Source of the DNA: Octopus sinensis
Taxonomy: Eukaryota
Assembly: GCF_006345805.1 (NCBI RefSeq)
Contig: NC_043006.1
Coordinates: forward strand, 7,564,001-7,628,000
Direction: 5' to 3'
DNA length: 64,000 nt
The translations under genes were made by a program, and so were the position numbers. Shown piece after piece: positions 1 to 13,877 of this stretch. The notes under the pieces were generated by a model, which was not told the DNA's origin, made no database searches, and saw nothing but the letters and a program-made list of their open reading frames with translations. Positions within the stretch are counted from its first letter, which is position 1; every line of letters starts with the position of its first letter.

Positions 1-20
1 AATAATAATAATAATAATAA

Positions 21-228
21 CTTCAAATTTTGGTACACGACAAGAAATTTCGAGGGATGAGATAAGTTTATTACATTGACGCTAGTGTTCTACTGGTGCT
101 TACTTTATCGATGCCGAAAGGTTGAAAGGCAAAGTCTACCTCGGCGGAATTTGAACCCAGAACGTGAAGACGGACGAAATGCCGCTACACATTTTACCCG
201 GCGTGTTAACGATTTTGTCAGCGGTTCC

Positions 229-229
<1 letters not shown>
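21..229 (-). mobile_element. tRNA-derived SINE, family A (Meta-domain-like), flanked by (AAT)n/(ATT)n
   Basis: The reverse complement matches the copy at 62457-62684 (gttcaaattccgccgagg...tttgcctttca). Microsatellites lie at 1-20 and 230-282. Confidence 0.85.
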
Positions 230-260
<31 letters not shown>

Positions 261-1758
261 GTTATTATTATCATCATCATCATTAATATTAATAACATTT
301 TTATTAGCCGCTCTATTAAACATCCCTTACTTTTACAAAAGTCCCTTACTCCTATAAAAATGCTGTTGGTGTCACCTGGTAGATAGATTTTGCTCTTCTC
401 AGCTGGTACGCATCGTATAACGTCGTTGTCTCTGCATGAGCGCTAATTTTGTTGTTGCTGACATCTTTAAAAAATTATTTGGTTGACTCTTTTTATCCTC
501 TTTTGTCTAATATCTTGCTTTTACTGTGAGTGTAATCTGGTAGACATTTTGGAGGTGACACTTATTTAAAACAAAGCATTGTAATCAAACAATAATGTCC
601 TCTCCAAAAAATATTGTTTTCTGCCTCCAGATATTGGAGGCTGACCTCTCTCAGGTTAATAAAGCCATTAATTGCAAGTGTTCTTAACAAAGAATTTTGA
701 TTTGGTATCTCTTGAAGTATAGTCACCATCCTATCTCTTTTTATCTCCATGACTACAGTCGCCAATAAATAAATAATTTCCTATATACAGCAATATACGG
801 TTCTGACATATATTTGTTTGCTATTTACGACAGGTCAAACGACCGCATCAGCATTACTTTGGGCTCTATTGTTGTTATTATCAATATTTAACCCCGAATC
901 AGCTCTATTAAAACAAAACTATGATCACTCACATGGCCATCCCACCTCATTTTTTATGCATAACGCAACTTGGCCTACAGTATCTACTCTTTCTCAAAAG
1001 ATGTTAGAGTATGTATCATAAATATATTTAGCTGATATATCTCGCAGTTCAGATGTGCAAGTATATACTCCCCGCTGTCTAGTAATCTTAATAATTGTAA
1101 TCTTTTATTAATGTGCACTGTGCGCATGTTAATTCTTGTATAGTGATGTTCTATTAATACAGCTTTCATTGAGCAGTCTTCTACTATTGGCGGGAGTTCC
1201 CATACGAAAATGGAGAAAAAAACTAATTTTTCTCTATCGAAAGTTCGAATGTAATGCTTTGCAAAGGTTCCTTGTTATAAATACTTCTAGAGTCGACAAA
1301 ATGGTGTTGTAATTACATAACTAATGTAAAAGCTAGTGCCATAAAGGCTACAACATTCATGCTTAGATAGAAATTTGTACATTTTCTTAGTCGTATTTAT
1401 ACGCCAGCTTCAGGTTTGTGGTTTATTGTTCAAGCGATTTTATTTTTCATATTCGTGAACAATAATAATAATAATAATAATAATACACTCTTAATGTTAG
1501 CATGTGATTGGGTGTAATGTATATCATATTCTATTTCATGCATTTGTTTAAAAAAGATGTTCATCTATTTTATAGCCATGATGCTGTTAGGTTATCTAAA
1601 TTACCTTCCGTACAGTTTCATTTTATTAGGCGCAGCATCTGTTGAATTTAATGTTACATTTATTTCTGCCTTTACCCGCAGTCTCTTTCTAATTTTCTCA
1701 CATTCACACACTCATTCTTTTTTTCTCGAGACAGACAGACATATAAAAGAGACAGACG

Positions 1759-1800
<42 letters not shown>

Positions 1801-1871
1801 GTAGATAGATAGATAGATAGAGATAGATAGATAGATAGATAGGTAGGTAGGTAGGTAGATAGATAGATAGA
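1759..1871. repeat. (TAGA)n/(TAGG)n microsatellite
   Basis: Seen directly. Confidence 0.97.
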
Positions 1872-2516
1872 TATGTTTCTTTATTAGCCACACAGGGCTG
1901 CACACAGATAGAACAAATTACAAGGTAGAGCTTTTCTTTTGGGGGTAAAAAAAAGGAGAGTGGTGGTTTTCGATCAAAAGGGATCGTAAAAGGAAAGAAA
2001 AAGGACAAAAAAAAGGGGAGGGGTTAAAAAGGGGGGAGAGAAAAAAAAATGAATAATAGGGATCGTTATCACAGAAATGTCAATATGAAGTGTAAAGGGG
2101 AGGACAGGTGAGGTTTACCCGTGGAAAGAAAAGCCTACGGAAAAGACCACGGTAACCTCGGTCAATGAAGTCACATGTTATATTTATTTATTTTTTTTTT
2201 TGCAAATAAGCAACTCTCTGTATTAATTTTTATGGTTCATAGAATCATAGTCAAGGTGGCTTCGTCATTCATACGTGCCATCCTTGCTACATTCACCCAT
2301 CTTTTTTAAAACATTCACTAGACAAAACTTGCCTCTCTACTCTCACTTTCCTCTTCAAGTGATACTTGAAGAAGTTGATGAGAGATTGACCAGAGAGGAA
2401 AGTGTTTGTCTCTAATCCTTTCAGGCGCGTCCACCAGATACATTCTTTCGCCATAGCCACAAGTATGATAAAAATAGCTCTTCCTTCCCGTTTGAAGGAA
2501 GGAGGCGTGACGATAT
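1872..2516 (-). mobile_element. 5'-truncated Tx1/L1-like non-LTR retrotransposon: ORF2 C-terminus plus 3' UTR
   Basis: The minus-strand peptide [35 protein letters not shown]...[18 protein letters not shown] resembles the post-RT C-terminus of L1/Tx1 ORF2. It is followed by a pyrimidine-rich UTR, AATAAA and then (ATCT)n. Confidence 0.7.
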
Positions 2517-2579
<63 letters not shown>

Positions 2580-2616
2580 GTAGGTAGGTAGGTAGGTAGG
2601 TAGGTAGGTAGATAGG

Positions 2617-2677
<61 letters not shown>
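2517..2677. repeat. (TAGA)n/(TAGG)n microsatellite
   Basis: Seen directly. Confidence 0.97.
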
Positions 2678-2678
<1 letters not shown>

Positions 2679-3283
2679 CCAGAAAAAGTGTACACAAAGA
2701 AAATTGAATACAATACTTTAGCATTACTGAATTCCTATAATAATATACCTTATTTAATCTGTGCTTTAGTAAATCATATATGTTTATTCGGTCGTATACA
2801 ATTAACTCATAGTTAATATATTGAGATTCTAGATGAATTGCATAGCCCGCCTTCAAATTTTTGTCTCCGCCGACACTCGCCAAATGGTCAGTGAACAAGG
2901 TACATATAGGAACAAGGCTGTATATATTGGTAATTTTTGGCTCTGTTATCGAAATCTGAAATTACTGAAATTACAATGGGACTATTTCCATTTACTACGA
3001 TAACGTAATTGAGAAGTGTATTGATTTTGCAATACCAAATACAATATTGTTAAAACAAATACGTCATTAGTACAGACAAGTTAGCCTAGTGTGGGATTAA
3101 ATTTGTAATATTACATGAAGAAAGAACAACTGATAAAATATATGTAAGTTATATTTTGCACATAATATTTTGTGAGCCATATCAAATCTTTAGCGTTTGA
3201 ACAATTTTAAGTTAGGTTAGCATTAAAATATTGGCAAGTTTGTATGAGATTATCATTCTGTCAAATGTCATCTTATGATTATA

Positions 3284-3351
3284 GGCGTAGTGGTGAAGAG
3301 CGCGGGCTACTAACCCCAAGATTCCGAGTTCGATTTCAAGCAGTGACCTGA
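3284..3351 (+). mobile_element. tRNA-like SINE head
   Basis: A-box-like ggcgtagtggtgaagagc and B-box-like gagttcgatt. There is no complete acceptor stem, so it is not called a tRNA. Confidence 0.6.
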
Positions 3352-4039
3352 GCAATATGAATAAATATGAATATCACTGTCTCTATCTCCACAGGCTGTT
3401 GATTGTATAGTGCGGTGTTACACACTTCTCTTAGTGGTATGAGTAATATGTGAAAAACGAGATAGCTTTGAACACTAACAGAGGTAGTCTTTACATCAGA
3501 ACATTTGCTACATAATATCACATCGAGTTCACCTTGAAGGGGTTTGACAGAATTGACGAGAATACTGTTATATATAGGGGGGAGATTCTGCTAGAACAAC
3601 GTCATGTTTACGTAGATGAAGAAACAATGTTAATGATCCCCACTCTTGGATATGGAATCTAATAACGTTGAAGAAAATAAGGTGCCGTATACCATTTAAA
3701 AGCTTGTCAATTTTATCTAAAAACAAAAACAAAAACAATATCAACGATAAAAGGTGCGAAATTATAAGGACCTTCTGAACTTTGACTGATGAGGAATTAG
3801 CTACGAATTTTTCGTTATATATCTTTTTTTAGAGATTTTCCGTTCGCTGTCTTTATGTTAGATCTTTGAAATATTGTTTATGTAACGTTGAGCACTCTTT
3901 ACGTTCTATATTTGTCTAGCTTATTGTGTGATCCAGGGAGCAGGGCCCGAGGTTGGGATGAGTAAATGCGTGGACCATAGTAAGATCCTATTAGGAGAGG
4001 CGCATCCACAACCCAGAACACTGGGGAGTTCAAGCAGCT

Positions 4040-5045
4040 ATTTGAGGAACTGGGTATAGGGACAGGACTCTTTGCCAAAGAGGAGATTCAGAGAGCCTAG
4101 AAAATCAAAGAGGGAAAGGCCTATGGAGAAGATGGAGTAGCATCAGAGGTAATGAAGAGGTGTGATTTTGATAATATCGTCCTGGAGTTCTGTAACCAGG
4201 CACGGGAAAAGGAGTTGCCCCAAATCAGTGGCGGATCAGTAACATCATTCCAGTGTCAAAGAGAGTGTATCTCCCTGTCATCAACAGCTACAGGGGATCT
4301 CACCGATGTCACTCGTGGCAAAGACCCTCAACAGGATGATTATTAAGGGGATCCAGCCCGAGATGGAGAAGCTCAGGGGCCGCCGGGACGGTTTCAGAGA
4401 GGAAAGATCAACCACCAGTTACATTCTAATGATGAGGAGGACATTAGAGGGAGCTAGAGCAGAAAGCCTTCCTGCTATCATGGTTTTCATTGACTTTAGT
4501 AAGGCCTTTGAATCTGTGGACCGTCACTGCCCGATTAAGATATTACAGGCTTATGGAATCTCCAAGAAGATAGTGGACCTGATATCGCTGCTCTACACCA
4601 ACACCAGAGCCTTAATAATTACACTTGACGAGTTCTTTGATATACTGGCTGGAGTGCTCCAGGGACATACCTTGGCTCCCTACCTTTTTATCATCATAGT
4701 GGACTATTGTATGAACCTTGCGTTAGAGAAACACCAGGACTCTGGCTTTACTGTTGCACCGGCTCAGAGCATGAATGTCAGGGCTAAAAAGATATCAGAT
4801 GCTGAATTTTCTGGTGACATAGTTTAGGTGACAAACACAATGAGGGAGGAAGAGGAGTTGATGCAGGAGGTGCAGATTGTGTCGATGACTGTGGGGCTGA
4901 ACATGAATAAGATTTAGATGAAGTATCTTGTAGAGAACATTAAGAAGCCGGAAAAAATTATGGACGTAGGTGGGAAGCCACTACAGTTGGTTGAGGAATT
5001 CCTGTGTCTGGGATAAAAGATAGGGAACACAGACGGTGATATAAC
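4040..5045 (+). mobile_element. Decayed RTE-like LINE reverse transcriptase fragment
   Basis: ORF 4306-4827 carries RT motifs GFREERST, VFIDFSKAFESV, GVLQGHTLAPYLF and a degenerate FADD (EFSGDI). Homology continues both ways through stops and frameshifts. Confidence 0.9.
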
Positions 5046-8000
5046 CACACTTTTGTTGCATGGTGATTCTTCACTTACTCTATAACATTAGTTTTCCAGC
5101 AGTGTTACTACTGGCCTGCTATATGGCTCTGTGGCTCACTTTGACCAATAGGAATGTGTCAAACTCGTACGTGGCTAATACCATTTTAGCGCAGCCTGTG
5201 GTCCTATTTTGTTTTTAGTTGTTCTCATTGTCAACTAGTCTGTACGACCGAAAAATAACCACACTAAGATTTGTGTTTCCAAATAACTTTAATCGGATCT
5301 TTGAGTTTAAAACTATACATCAAATAGATAAGTAATATGAAAGTGGTACAGGGCATGTGTATATTTATTGTTCATACTACTAGTTAAGGTGAATTGCTAA
5401 GACATAAAGGACTACCGTATGGGAAAACTATCAGGCCTGTACAAATTTTGAAATAGCTCGTTCACTGACTATTGCTTGACATGAGCACCTTTGTGATAAG
5501 TCATTTGGTGATGCCTTCCCCCTTGTTATGTCCTATATACTTCCAAATATAAATGGTTCAGTTACTTATATTATCAAACTCTATGTTCAGTATAAGGCTT
5601 TATTTTGTAATTAAATATCTCTTGACATCATCCTTTTGAAACAAAGTATATTCTTAACAAGTAACTCCATTGATACTATATACGCATCATTTATATTCAT
5701 CTAGTAATCTAGGAAACTCGACACTAAGTACTTATTCGTATTAGACAAGACATCACTTATCAAGTCTTTATATAGTAGTGATTAGGAGGATTAAGATCTA
5801 TTAAATTTACTTTGAAGTTTATTAATCGATTTCACTTTTCTCACTTGCGTCTTCTCCCCATATAAATCCGCATTTCATTTTTCTTTCAGAGATAATCATA
5901 TCGTCTTGCAGCAGATTTTAAATTTGTAGCAAGACTACAACAACCTAATTCTATTATTTATTTTCTTGCAAAAAGCGGCGGAGTTGACTTAGACAATAAA
6001 GAACTAGATTAATTTTATAAAGCCAACAATTGCTGTCAATATCATCGTCGATGTTATTGTTGTTACTGTTGTTAAGCCATATCTCAGCATTGATACAACT
6101 TGACTACGCATTATTACGACGATAACTTACCTTCCTATTTTCAGATATATTTCAACTGAGATTATATTAGCTAATGATTCTTGATTGTTTAAAACGTTAG
6201 TGTTTTTTTAAAGGCAGAATTGACTATTTTGTTTAGCAGATCTATTGATCATTCACGGGATCCTGTTTCCGAGTCCATGTTTACTATTTATGGGTTTCTT
6301 ACAAGAAATAGTTAAATTCTCGGCAGGTAGAGACCACGTAATTTCGGTCACGAGCTGAAGTAACGTTCGTCTTTCTCCTATTAATTTAAGGAAACGACAC
6401 GAATGTCATACCCTTTTAATCAACTAAATTATAATTATCTGCATTTTTGCATGTCTATGATCTAAGGAATACCAGTAATGGCCGTCCATTCTACTTCTAT
6501 ATCAGGAACTATATTGTCCAGTATGACCCTTATATTAAGCAGTAGAATGTAATGTTAAGGGGTTTAGTTGCTATTCCTATTTTTACTTATATTGAATATA
6601 ATAATGCCTCTAGATTAGTTACAACGCCAGCTTTAATTAAGCGGTTTTATTCGTTTGAATAAAACTTTCTCTGAGTGAATGAAGGCAGTAAAAATGTTTT
6701 AGTCTTAAGACGAAACCGTTTTATATTTAGCGCATTCCTCTATTGACTCTGTTCTACATTCTCTTTGGTAGTCGTTTAAATACTATGGAAATTATTTGGA
6801 CAGAACAAGAGTTGCCCCATTAGACGCTCACACACCTTATACTGTATTGTTTTTGTTTTATGTAACTCATGGCCATAGAGTTACAAAAATATACGCAATG
6901 GTGGCATGATTTGAATGTAAAAATCTATCCTGTTGCCTTGATATTATTTTCTATGTAGAGAAGAGATTTGGTGATCATTACTTCAAGCTACACGGTGTAT
7001 TTAAAGAACCCCTGTAATATAAAACATTTCATGCAAATTCAATTGCTGTAGTTCACACTAGGATCGCAAGAATCTATTACTAATCAAATTATATAGACAT
7101 CAACCATATAAGTATTACAATAAAGCACATGCAAATTACTCCGGAAAAACTACAGTGTTTTTTGTCAAGATATAGATTATATCATGGAATCATTGGAAAA
7201 TTCTCACTACAAAATGCTAATCATTAGATACATTATTGATTATATCGCACGTGTATTTTATTAGTGTTTTTTTTTATTATCATGAAACACATATTGAAAC
7301 ATATTTCTCCAGTAAACAGGTTTCATCTGTATATAATTATATTAACGTTAGATATAAAAGAATTAGATGATCGAGTTGAGTTCTAAACTTTTTACAATTT
7401 TAAATATTAACGAGTAATATTTGTAATGTATATCTCTATAAGAAAATGAAATTCAGATAAATTATATAATTAAGGAGATTTGCAGATAATGAATAATGTT
7501 GCATCTGACAGGGAATTTCAAACATGAAAAAATTACATAACCATGAGACTGTATTGGAAATATAGAAGGAAATAAATCTGCTGATGAAACGCAGTCTGTT
7601 AGCATTAATAGAAAACATGTTATCTATTGAAAGTATGATGGAAAATGATGGTTTCTGCTGACAGAATTCTCTCCTGAAAGTATATTCCAGTACTGAGTTG
7701 CATATATTAACTTTATGATATAAACGTTTCCTTGACAATACAATTTTTGCTAACTTATTATCTGCAACTCTTTTTCACTAAAGGTCAGAGTGGCACCTAA
7801 AAGTCTCGCTGGTTTTTGATCACGTTAGTTTGGGACACTATACTAGCTGTTGGACTACCCGTCGATGTCGGAAATGTTAGACCCATTCCTATGCATATAT
7901 GGAGTACTGACATCAGTTTGGAGAAAATTTATATTACATGTATAGATGTTTTAACTTGAGAACCCCCGACTGCAGCTTACATTTTGGTGCATTAGAAGTT

Positions 8001-8379
8001 ATGCCAATTATTAGATTAATATGAGCTGTTGATGCATAATATAGTATCAATTTTGACACTGCAATTCTAATTGGTTAATGATTTATTTTTAATGTTATTA
8101 GTATACTTCACGGCATTACAACAAGCACACATTACAAAATCTATTTGTTCATAAGAGACAAAATGCATTGAGCAAAGCAAATGTCTGATAATAATAATAC
8201 TGGTCAAAAAGATATTTTACATTCCATCTTATGTTGATGAAAACAGAATTATAGCGAGTAAAAGATCACTACCGTTTTCAAATGCTCTTTGGGAAAAATC
8301 CCAAATGTAGAATATTATATTGATAATAACAAAGACTGACGCATTTCTTCTGTAGGCTTGATGCCAACCTCTAGAATTA

Positions 8380-9530
8380 TCCGCATAGCTGCGCCAGAGA
8401 CTATTAAACCACCGGTGCTTTGTTAGGGCTTTTATTCTTCCCGTCGGATGAAGAGTTGAAAAAAGCCGTGGTAAATAAGTTGAGTAAAATCTGCTTTATC
8501 TAAGGATTTTATTGCATCGCTATGCCAGTTTGCCACAAAGCACAAGGTCGTGTTACCTGAGGCAGATCTACTCACTAAGACCTTCACAATATTTGGAAAT
8601 ATCACTGCCATGAATATCGTGGCACATTATGAACAGATAGCTTAACGATATGTATTCGGATAAGATCACTATGTACATACAGGTCTTGAACACCAGTAAC
8701 CATCACAAAATTGTGTATAATCTATATAAGATATCGATTGGAAGACATAAAATGCACTATCGAAGCTAAAACGATCAATTACAATACATGTACCAGTAAA
8801 ATCCACTTACGAGGTTTCCACCTAGAATATCTAAAAATCAAAACAAGTCACTACAAATTATAACGGATGATAGTCTTAATGCTTCACCAGGCACAAGCAT
8901 GGCAACGTCAACAACATATCTCGTTTTCATTATCAGAAACTAGGACACAAACAACATACCTCACAGACACAACCGGTGAAGACAATGAGCCATGCACAAC
9001 AACAGCTAGGACTAAACACTCAGTGAGCTCTTCTTTTCAGAAGCATCATGTCCTTAATTCATATGAGGACCAAACGAAGGCGGAACGAAGAGACGCATAG
9101 GAAAATTCGAAATCATCCAAGGAATAAGTAGAAAAGGGCACTAAATACCACGAAGACAGACACACTTCACGTGAGGAGAGGATGCCCTCTATCGAGGAAC
9201 AGCCTGTCTCTTATGAGGAGGAGCCTATCACCAGTGAAAACAAAACAACCTCTTCCCTAAACTAAATGAAATTTTGAACTCTTTACCAAACACTTATATG
9301 AATTAATTCAGTATTTTCCAGATGAAGTATGGACTGTCAATGGAATGGGATCATATTTCAAACAGCTTAAAAACTAAAAAAATTATACATGTTACGACAT
9401 GTCAGTTATACAAAAGTGATGAGTCTTCACATGCGCAGAGAAATTCGAGAGCTCCTCGCAGAAGGTTCTGGAATTACCACTCTCAATAATACAGGAACTA
9501 AGGAACGTTGAGTGCCCGGCACAACGGGAA
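8380..9530 (+). mobile_element. Possible heavily decayed LINE ORF1 (gag-like) remnant
   Basis: Purine-rich coding-like composition with weak knuckle-like residues near 9030-9055. The end (SQKVLELPLSIIQELRN) loosely resembles the ORF1 C-terminus near 35150-35200. Confidence 0.3.
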
Positions 9531-9608
9531 CAGAATCTTAAATTATGCTTACGTATATCTGTCTATGTATCTATCTATTTATTTGTCTACCTATCTATAG
9601 CTCACTCT

Positions 9609-9643
<35 letters not shown>

Positions 9644-9894
9644 GCGAGTTTGCGTGTGTGAGCGTATATATGAGTGAGTGTGTGTATGATATTTCTCCAC
9701 TAAACTTGCATTGTCATTCCATTATAGATTGTATAAACACCTATTTCACGCTTGCCTTTCCCCCCTCACCTCTGTATAACTCATGTGTTCCACTCCTCAC
9801 ATCTTTGTAAGGCCATGGTCAATATACTTTGAAATTTTGTAGCATTCCATCACTGGAGTCTGATGAAGAAAATGTTATTGTTACTATTATTATT

Positions 9895-9983
9895 AGGGTT
9901 GCAAGCTGGCAGAAACATTAGCACGCCGCGCGAAATGCGTAGCCGTAGCCGTTACGTTCTGAGTTCAAATTCCGCCGAGGTCG
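9895..9983 (+). mobile_element. SINE family A head, interrupted
   Basis: gctggcagaaacattagcacgccg...gagttcaaattccgccgaggtcga. Confidence 0.8.
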
Positions 9984-9991
9984 ATTATTGA

Positions 9992-10535
9992 TTGAGAGAG
10001 CAGTGCATGCCATCAAAGTGACACTGGGCAAAATATACGGAGCCCAGTATACCCATCATGACTACCCGTCTGATAAGGGTACACTAGGCACATGCATCAC
10101 AACCATATGTGCGCGACATAGGGATCTCATATCAAGATAAACAGCGCATGACCTTGCAGGTGGGGCCCAGTTAGAATTTTCTTCTGGTCGAGTAGCCCAT
10201 CCCGCTCAAAAGTTCCCTGAATAAGGATTGTTAATGATGTTGAACGAACCACCCATGTTTCCAAAGGTGAATTATCCAAACCTCCAAGAATTCCTTTCAA
10301 CACACGGCTATGATGCTCCCCCACTACTTCTGCTCGTGATCAGAGATGCACACATCGTTAGCCACTAAGGGACATGCTCAACTGGTTAAAGTCAAACAAC
10401 TGACAGGCAAATCTGTAATATTGAGCAGAATATTTACTGTAGGCTATCATTTATACCAAGACAAAACAATGTACATGATAACACTTCCAATCAGTTAAGA
10501 TCAGATGCCATGAGAGCCACTGTCTGGGACTGCAT
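9992..10535. mobile_element. About 540-bp interspersed non-autonomous repeat (unclassified), second copy at 40598-41110
   Basis: Colinear similarity with 40598-41110 (cccatcccgctcaa, gtgatcagagatgcac, aactggttaa, ttccaatcagttaag). Confidence 0.8.
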
Positions 10536-10549
10536 TATTATTATTATTG

Positions 10550-11400
10550 TAAAGTCGACGAGCAGGCCAAAATACTTAGCAGCATTTCGTCCATCCTTAA
10601 GTTCAGGGGTAAAATTTCGCCGAGGTCGATTTTGCCATTCATCATTTCAGGGTCGACAAAATAAGTACCTGTTCAGCACTGGAGTCGATGCAATCGATTT
10701 AACTCCTTCCCGAAATTACTGGCCTTGTGCCAAAATTTGAAACCATTCTTATTATTAAAGCAGCGAGTTAGCTGAACCGTTAACACGTCAGGCAAAATAA
10801 TATCGTTATTTCGTCTGTCTTAGCATTTTGAGTTCAGATTCCACCGAGGTCGACTTTGACTTTCATCTTTCGGGGTCGATGAAATAAGCACCAGTTGATC
10901 ATTTCGGTCCATGTAATCGACTCACTTCTTCCGCAAATGTTGATGGCCTTGTACCAAAATTGGAAACCCTTATTTTTATACAGGTGTCGAGCTGGCAGAA
11001 TTGGTAACGCATCGGACAAAATGCTTAGCAGAGTTTCTTCCGACTCTTTGCATTCTGAGTTGAAATTCCACTGAGGTCACCATTTCTTTCCATCTTTTCG
11101 GGGTAGATAAGATATGAACCTGTCAAGTATAGGGTTGAAGTAATCGATTTTCTCCCCTCTCGAAAAAAAAAAAATATACAGACGATGTTCCAAGCTTTGA
11201 AACGATTATTATTATCATTACTATTGGTAGGGGGTTTAGCTGCCAGAATGATTTGCGTGAATTCGTCTGTTTTTCTGATCTGAGTTCAAATTCCGTCGGG
11301 ATACTTCACGGTTGATAAAATCAGTACCGGTTTAGCACAGAGATTGAGGTAATTGGTTTACCCCAAACTGAATAGCCTTTGCTAAAATTTGATACCATTA
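10550..11400 (+). mobile_element. Head-to-tail cluster of four diverged SINE family A copies
   Basis: The gaggtcgactttg...ggggtcga...aataagtacc core recurs near 10620, 10845, 11075 and 11295, with (ATT)n linkers between copies. Confidence 0.8.
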
Positions 11401-12660
11401 TCATTATTATCGATGTCATCATGATTATTTGTAAAATCGTGTAAATGTAAATTGTGACATTAAACTCAAAACTGACGTAAATACAAAATTGAAAGAAATT
11501 CTACTGTATTAGAAGAGGCGATTAGAAATTATAAAATACAAAATCTTTTAAGAAAAGAATAACAAAATAGTTGTAATTGCAACTATGAATTTTCGAAACG
11601 TGAGATCTTATGAAATGTCTTACAAAATATTTGACACAAATGAATATCTCGTAACGTAGCGACAATTATAATTATTAGCGTATTTCATTTATCGGAAACG
11701 GAGGTAATTAATTAAAATAGTAAAGAAACAAATATTCGAAACTCATTGGATGCAAAATCGTGTATGAATAAACGGTTTTAGAAATATCGCAATTTGTAAA
11801 ACGGAATAAGTTAAGTTGCCTTGGTACATTTACACTATCAATAGTCTGTGACAAGCATACATTTGTATTGACTTTTAATAGCAGTTGCTGATTCGCAAAA
11901 TTGTATAGGCGAATTAAAATGAATTGACTGTAATAAATATAATAAATGCAGCTACAACAACTTCAATGTTACAGTAGTAATACATTAATGATGCTTTAAA
12001 TTTGATTGGAATTCAAACAATTCAAACGCTGTTAGGTGCCCCTCGATCACAATATCAAAACATATTGCATTAGAAACGAAGTCACAGTAAGTTTACCTTT
12101 ATATCTAATTCAGCTTATTTTTTCCCAACTCGATATCAACAAAAAAGTTTTAGCGCTTTTAGAAATTCCTTCTGAATTTTAGGGACGTTTGATATATATT
12201 TATATTTCATATTTTTAATCCGTAATATTATGATTTGTTATTCGTTGTCTCTCTAATAAAACGAATAAATGAACCTCTGGGAAAATGCTAAATAATATTA
12301 AACATATCAGAGCCGAATTGACTAGTTTATATAATTCTTTGCCAGATGTAGGCTTCGATTTATTGGGTTCCACTGAAAAAAAGAAAAGAAATGTATCTGA
12401 AATGTGGCTATTGAGTAAAAGCACGAAAAAATATCATTCCTTACCTTGTCCCCACCCCCCGTGAAACAAATAAGTAATTATTTTTTTAAATGTAGAATAT
12501 GTTAACGTTTTGAACAATATTGTCTACGTCTAGTCGTGGGGTAATTCTCTGTAACGAAAATTGATATTAGGAAAATTTTATAATTTGTTTACTTAGGATA
12601 TTTTTACAAAAAATTAGAAAGTTGATAGCAATGACAATTTATTCCAAACACATTTTCTAA

Positions 12661-13557
12661 AATAATTATTTGTCGGAGTTGTACGAGTCATCCAACCCCA
12701 ACAAAAACCGAGCTTTTGGATTTTTTTTTTGTTTTCAGCGGATTCCTAGGTTCTCGATGTCGGAGATTCCGAATATGCAAAAGGTCACGTTTTCAAAATC
12801 TAAAATTCTGCACCACAAATTTTTTAAATTTTAACTTTTTTTCGATTTTTTCAATCTATCTGGGAAAATTCGGAGATTAACAATATGGCAAACAAAAAAT
12901 TAATTAATTTCAAATTTTATATGAGAAACTCCAAATTTCATCCACACACCCCTCGCAGCAAAAAAGGGTGCGCAACAATCTCTACAGCTGGCTGAAACAA
13001 GTGAAACAGTATATTTTACATACCTGTTATATATGTCGGTCTTGTTTCTTCGCTTTAAAAGTAAACGATTCTCATAGAAGCAAACACGATATTGTATACT
13101 TCTCCGTCATACGTCTGCTAAAACCTTTAACATACTTCCAAAATTGATCCACACACCGACATATACAACAGATATGTGAAACCTGCTCTTTCATGTGCTT
13201 CAGTCGTTCCTTTTCAGGGAGCTGTAGAGATTGTTGCGCACGCGCACCCTTTTTTACTGTGTGGCGAGGGGTGTGTAGATCAAATTTGGAGTTTTTCATA
13301 TAAAATTTGAATTTAATTTTTTGCTTGCCATATTGTTAATCTACGTAATTTTTTATGTAGCTTGAAAACAAAAAATTCGAAAAAAGTAAAAAAATTATAA
13401 AATTGGGTGGGTGAGAATTCAAAATTTTGAAAACGTGATTTTTTGCATATTCGGAATCTGTCATCGAAAACCTAGAAATCCGCTGAGAAAACAAAATTTC
13501 CGAAAGCTCGGTTTTTGTGGGATGGGGTGACTGTCGCCCAGCTCCACTAGTTATTTT
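12661..13557. mobile_element. Foldback/MITE-like element with about 340-bp inverted arms
   Basis: Arm pairs include aaaaaccgagcttt/aaagctcggttttt, gattccgaatatgcaaaa/ttttgcatattcggaatc, gattaacaatatggcaa/ttgccatattgttaatc and gcaacaatctctacagct/agctgtagagattgttgc. Confidence 0.9.
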
Positions 13558-13877
13558 TGTTCTGGAACTAAACAAGAAAATATAAAGTAATTGCAGTTTT
13601 CGAAAATTAACAGACTGAAGCATACTTTCTAAGAATATATTTATAGAAACTAACAGCACCCGTGGAAATTTTACAGTAAATACAAGAGTTTTATTTTAGA
13701 TTGTTGTAAAATTATATACAGCGATAAAATTAAATTCTCTTTATAAATTGTGTATTCTGCATTGCTTTCTTTTAAAAACACTTTCAGTTCTTCGGGATAA
13801 GGTTGTAATAGGATCATGGCTTTACCATTCTCTCGTCAGTTGAGAAGTTCATTTATAAATCTAAGAGCTTCACAAAT

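Noticed and set aside
3284-3351. Functional tRNA genes at SINE heads (also 47240, 55238, 56097, 60449)
   Set aside because: A and B boxes are present, but there are no complete cloverleafs and the heads run into SINE bodies.
3786-3850. CTGATGAG as a hammerhead
   Set aside because: No properly placed GAAA or stem III follows. The same holds for CTGATGA near 9860, where the sequence runs into a SINE.
7436-7738. Coding-like stretch
   Set aside because: No motif I can recognise, and the plus-strand frames contain multiple stops.
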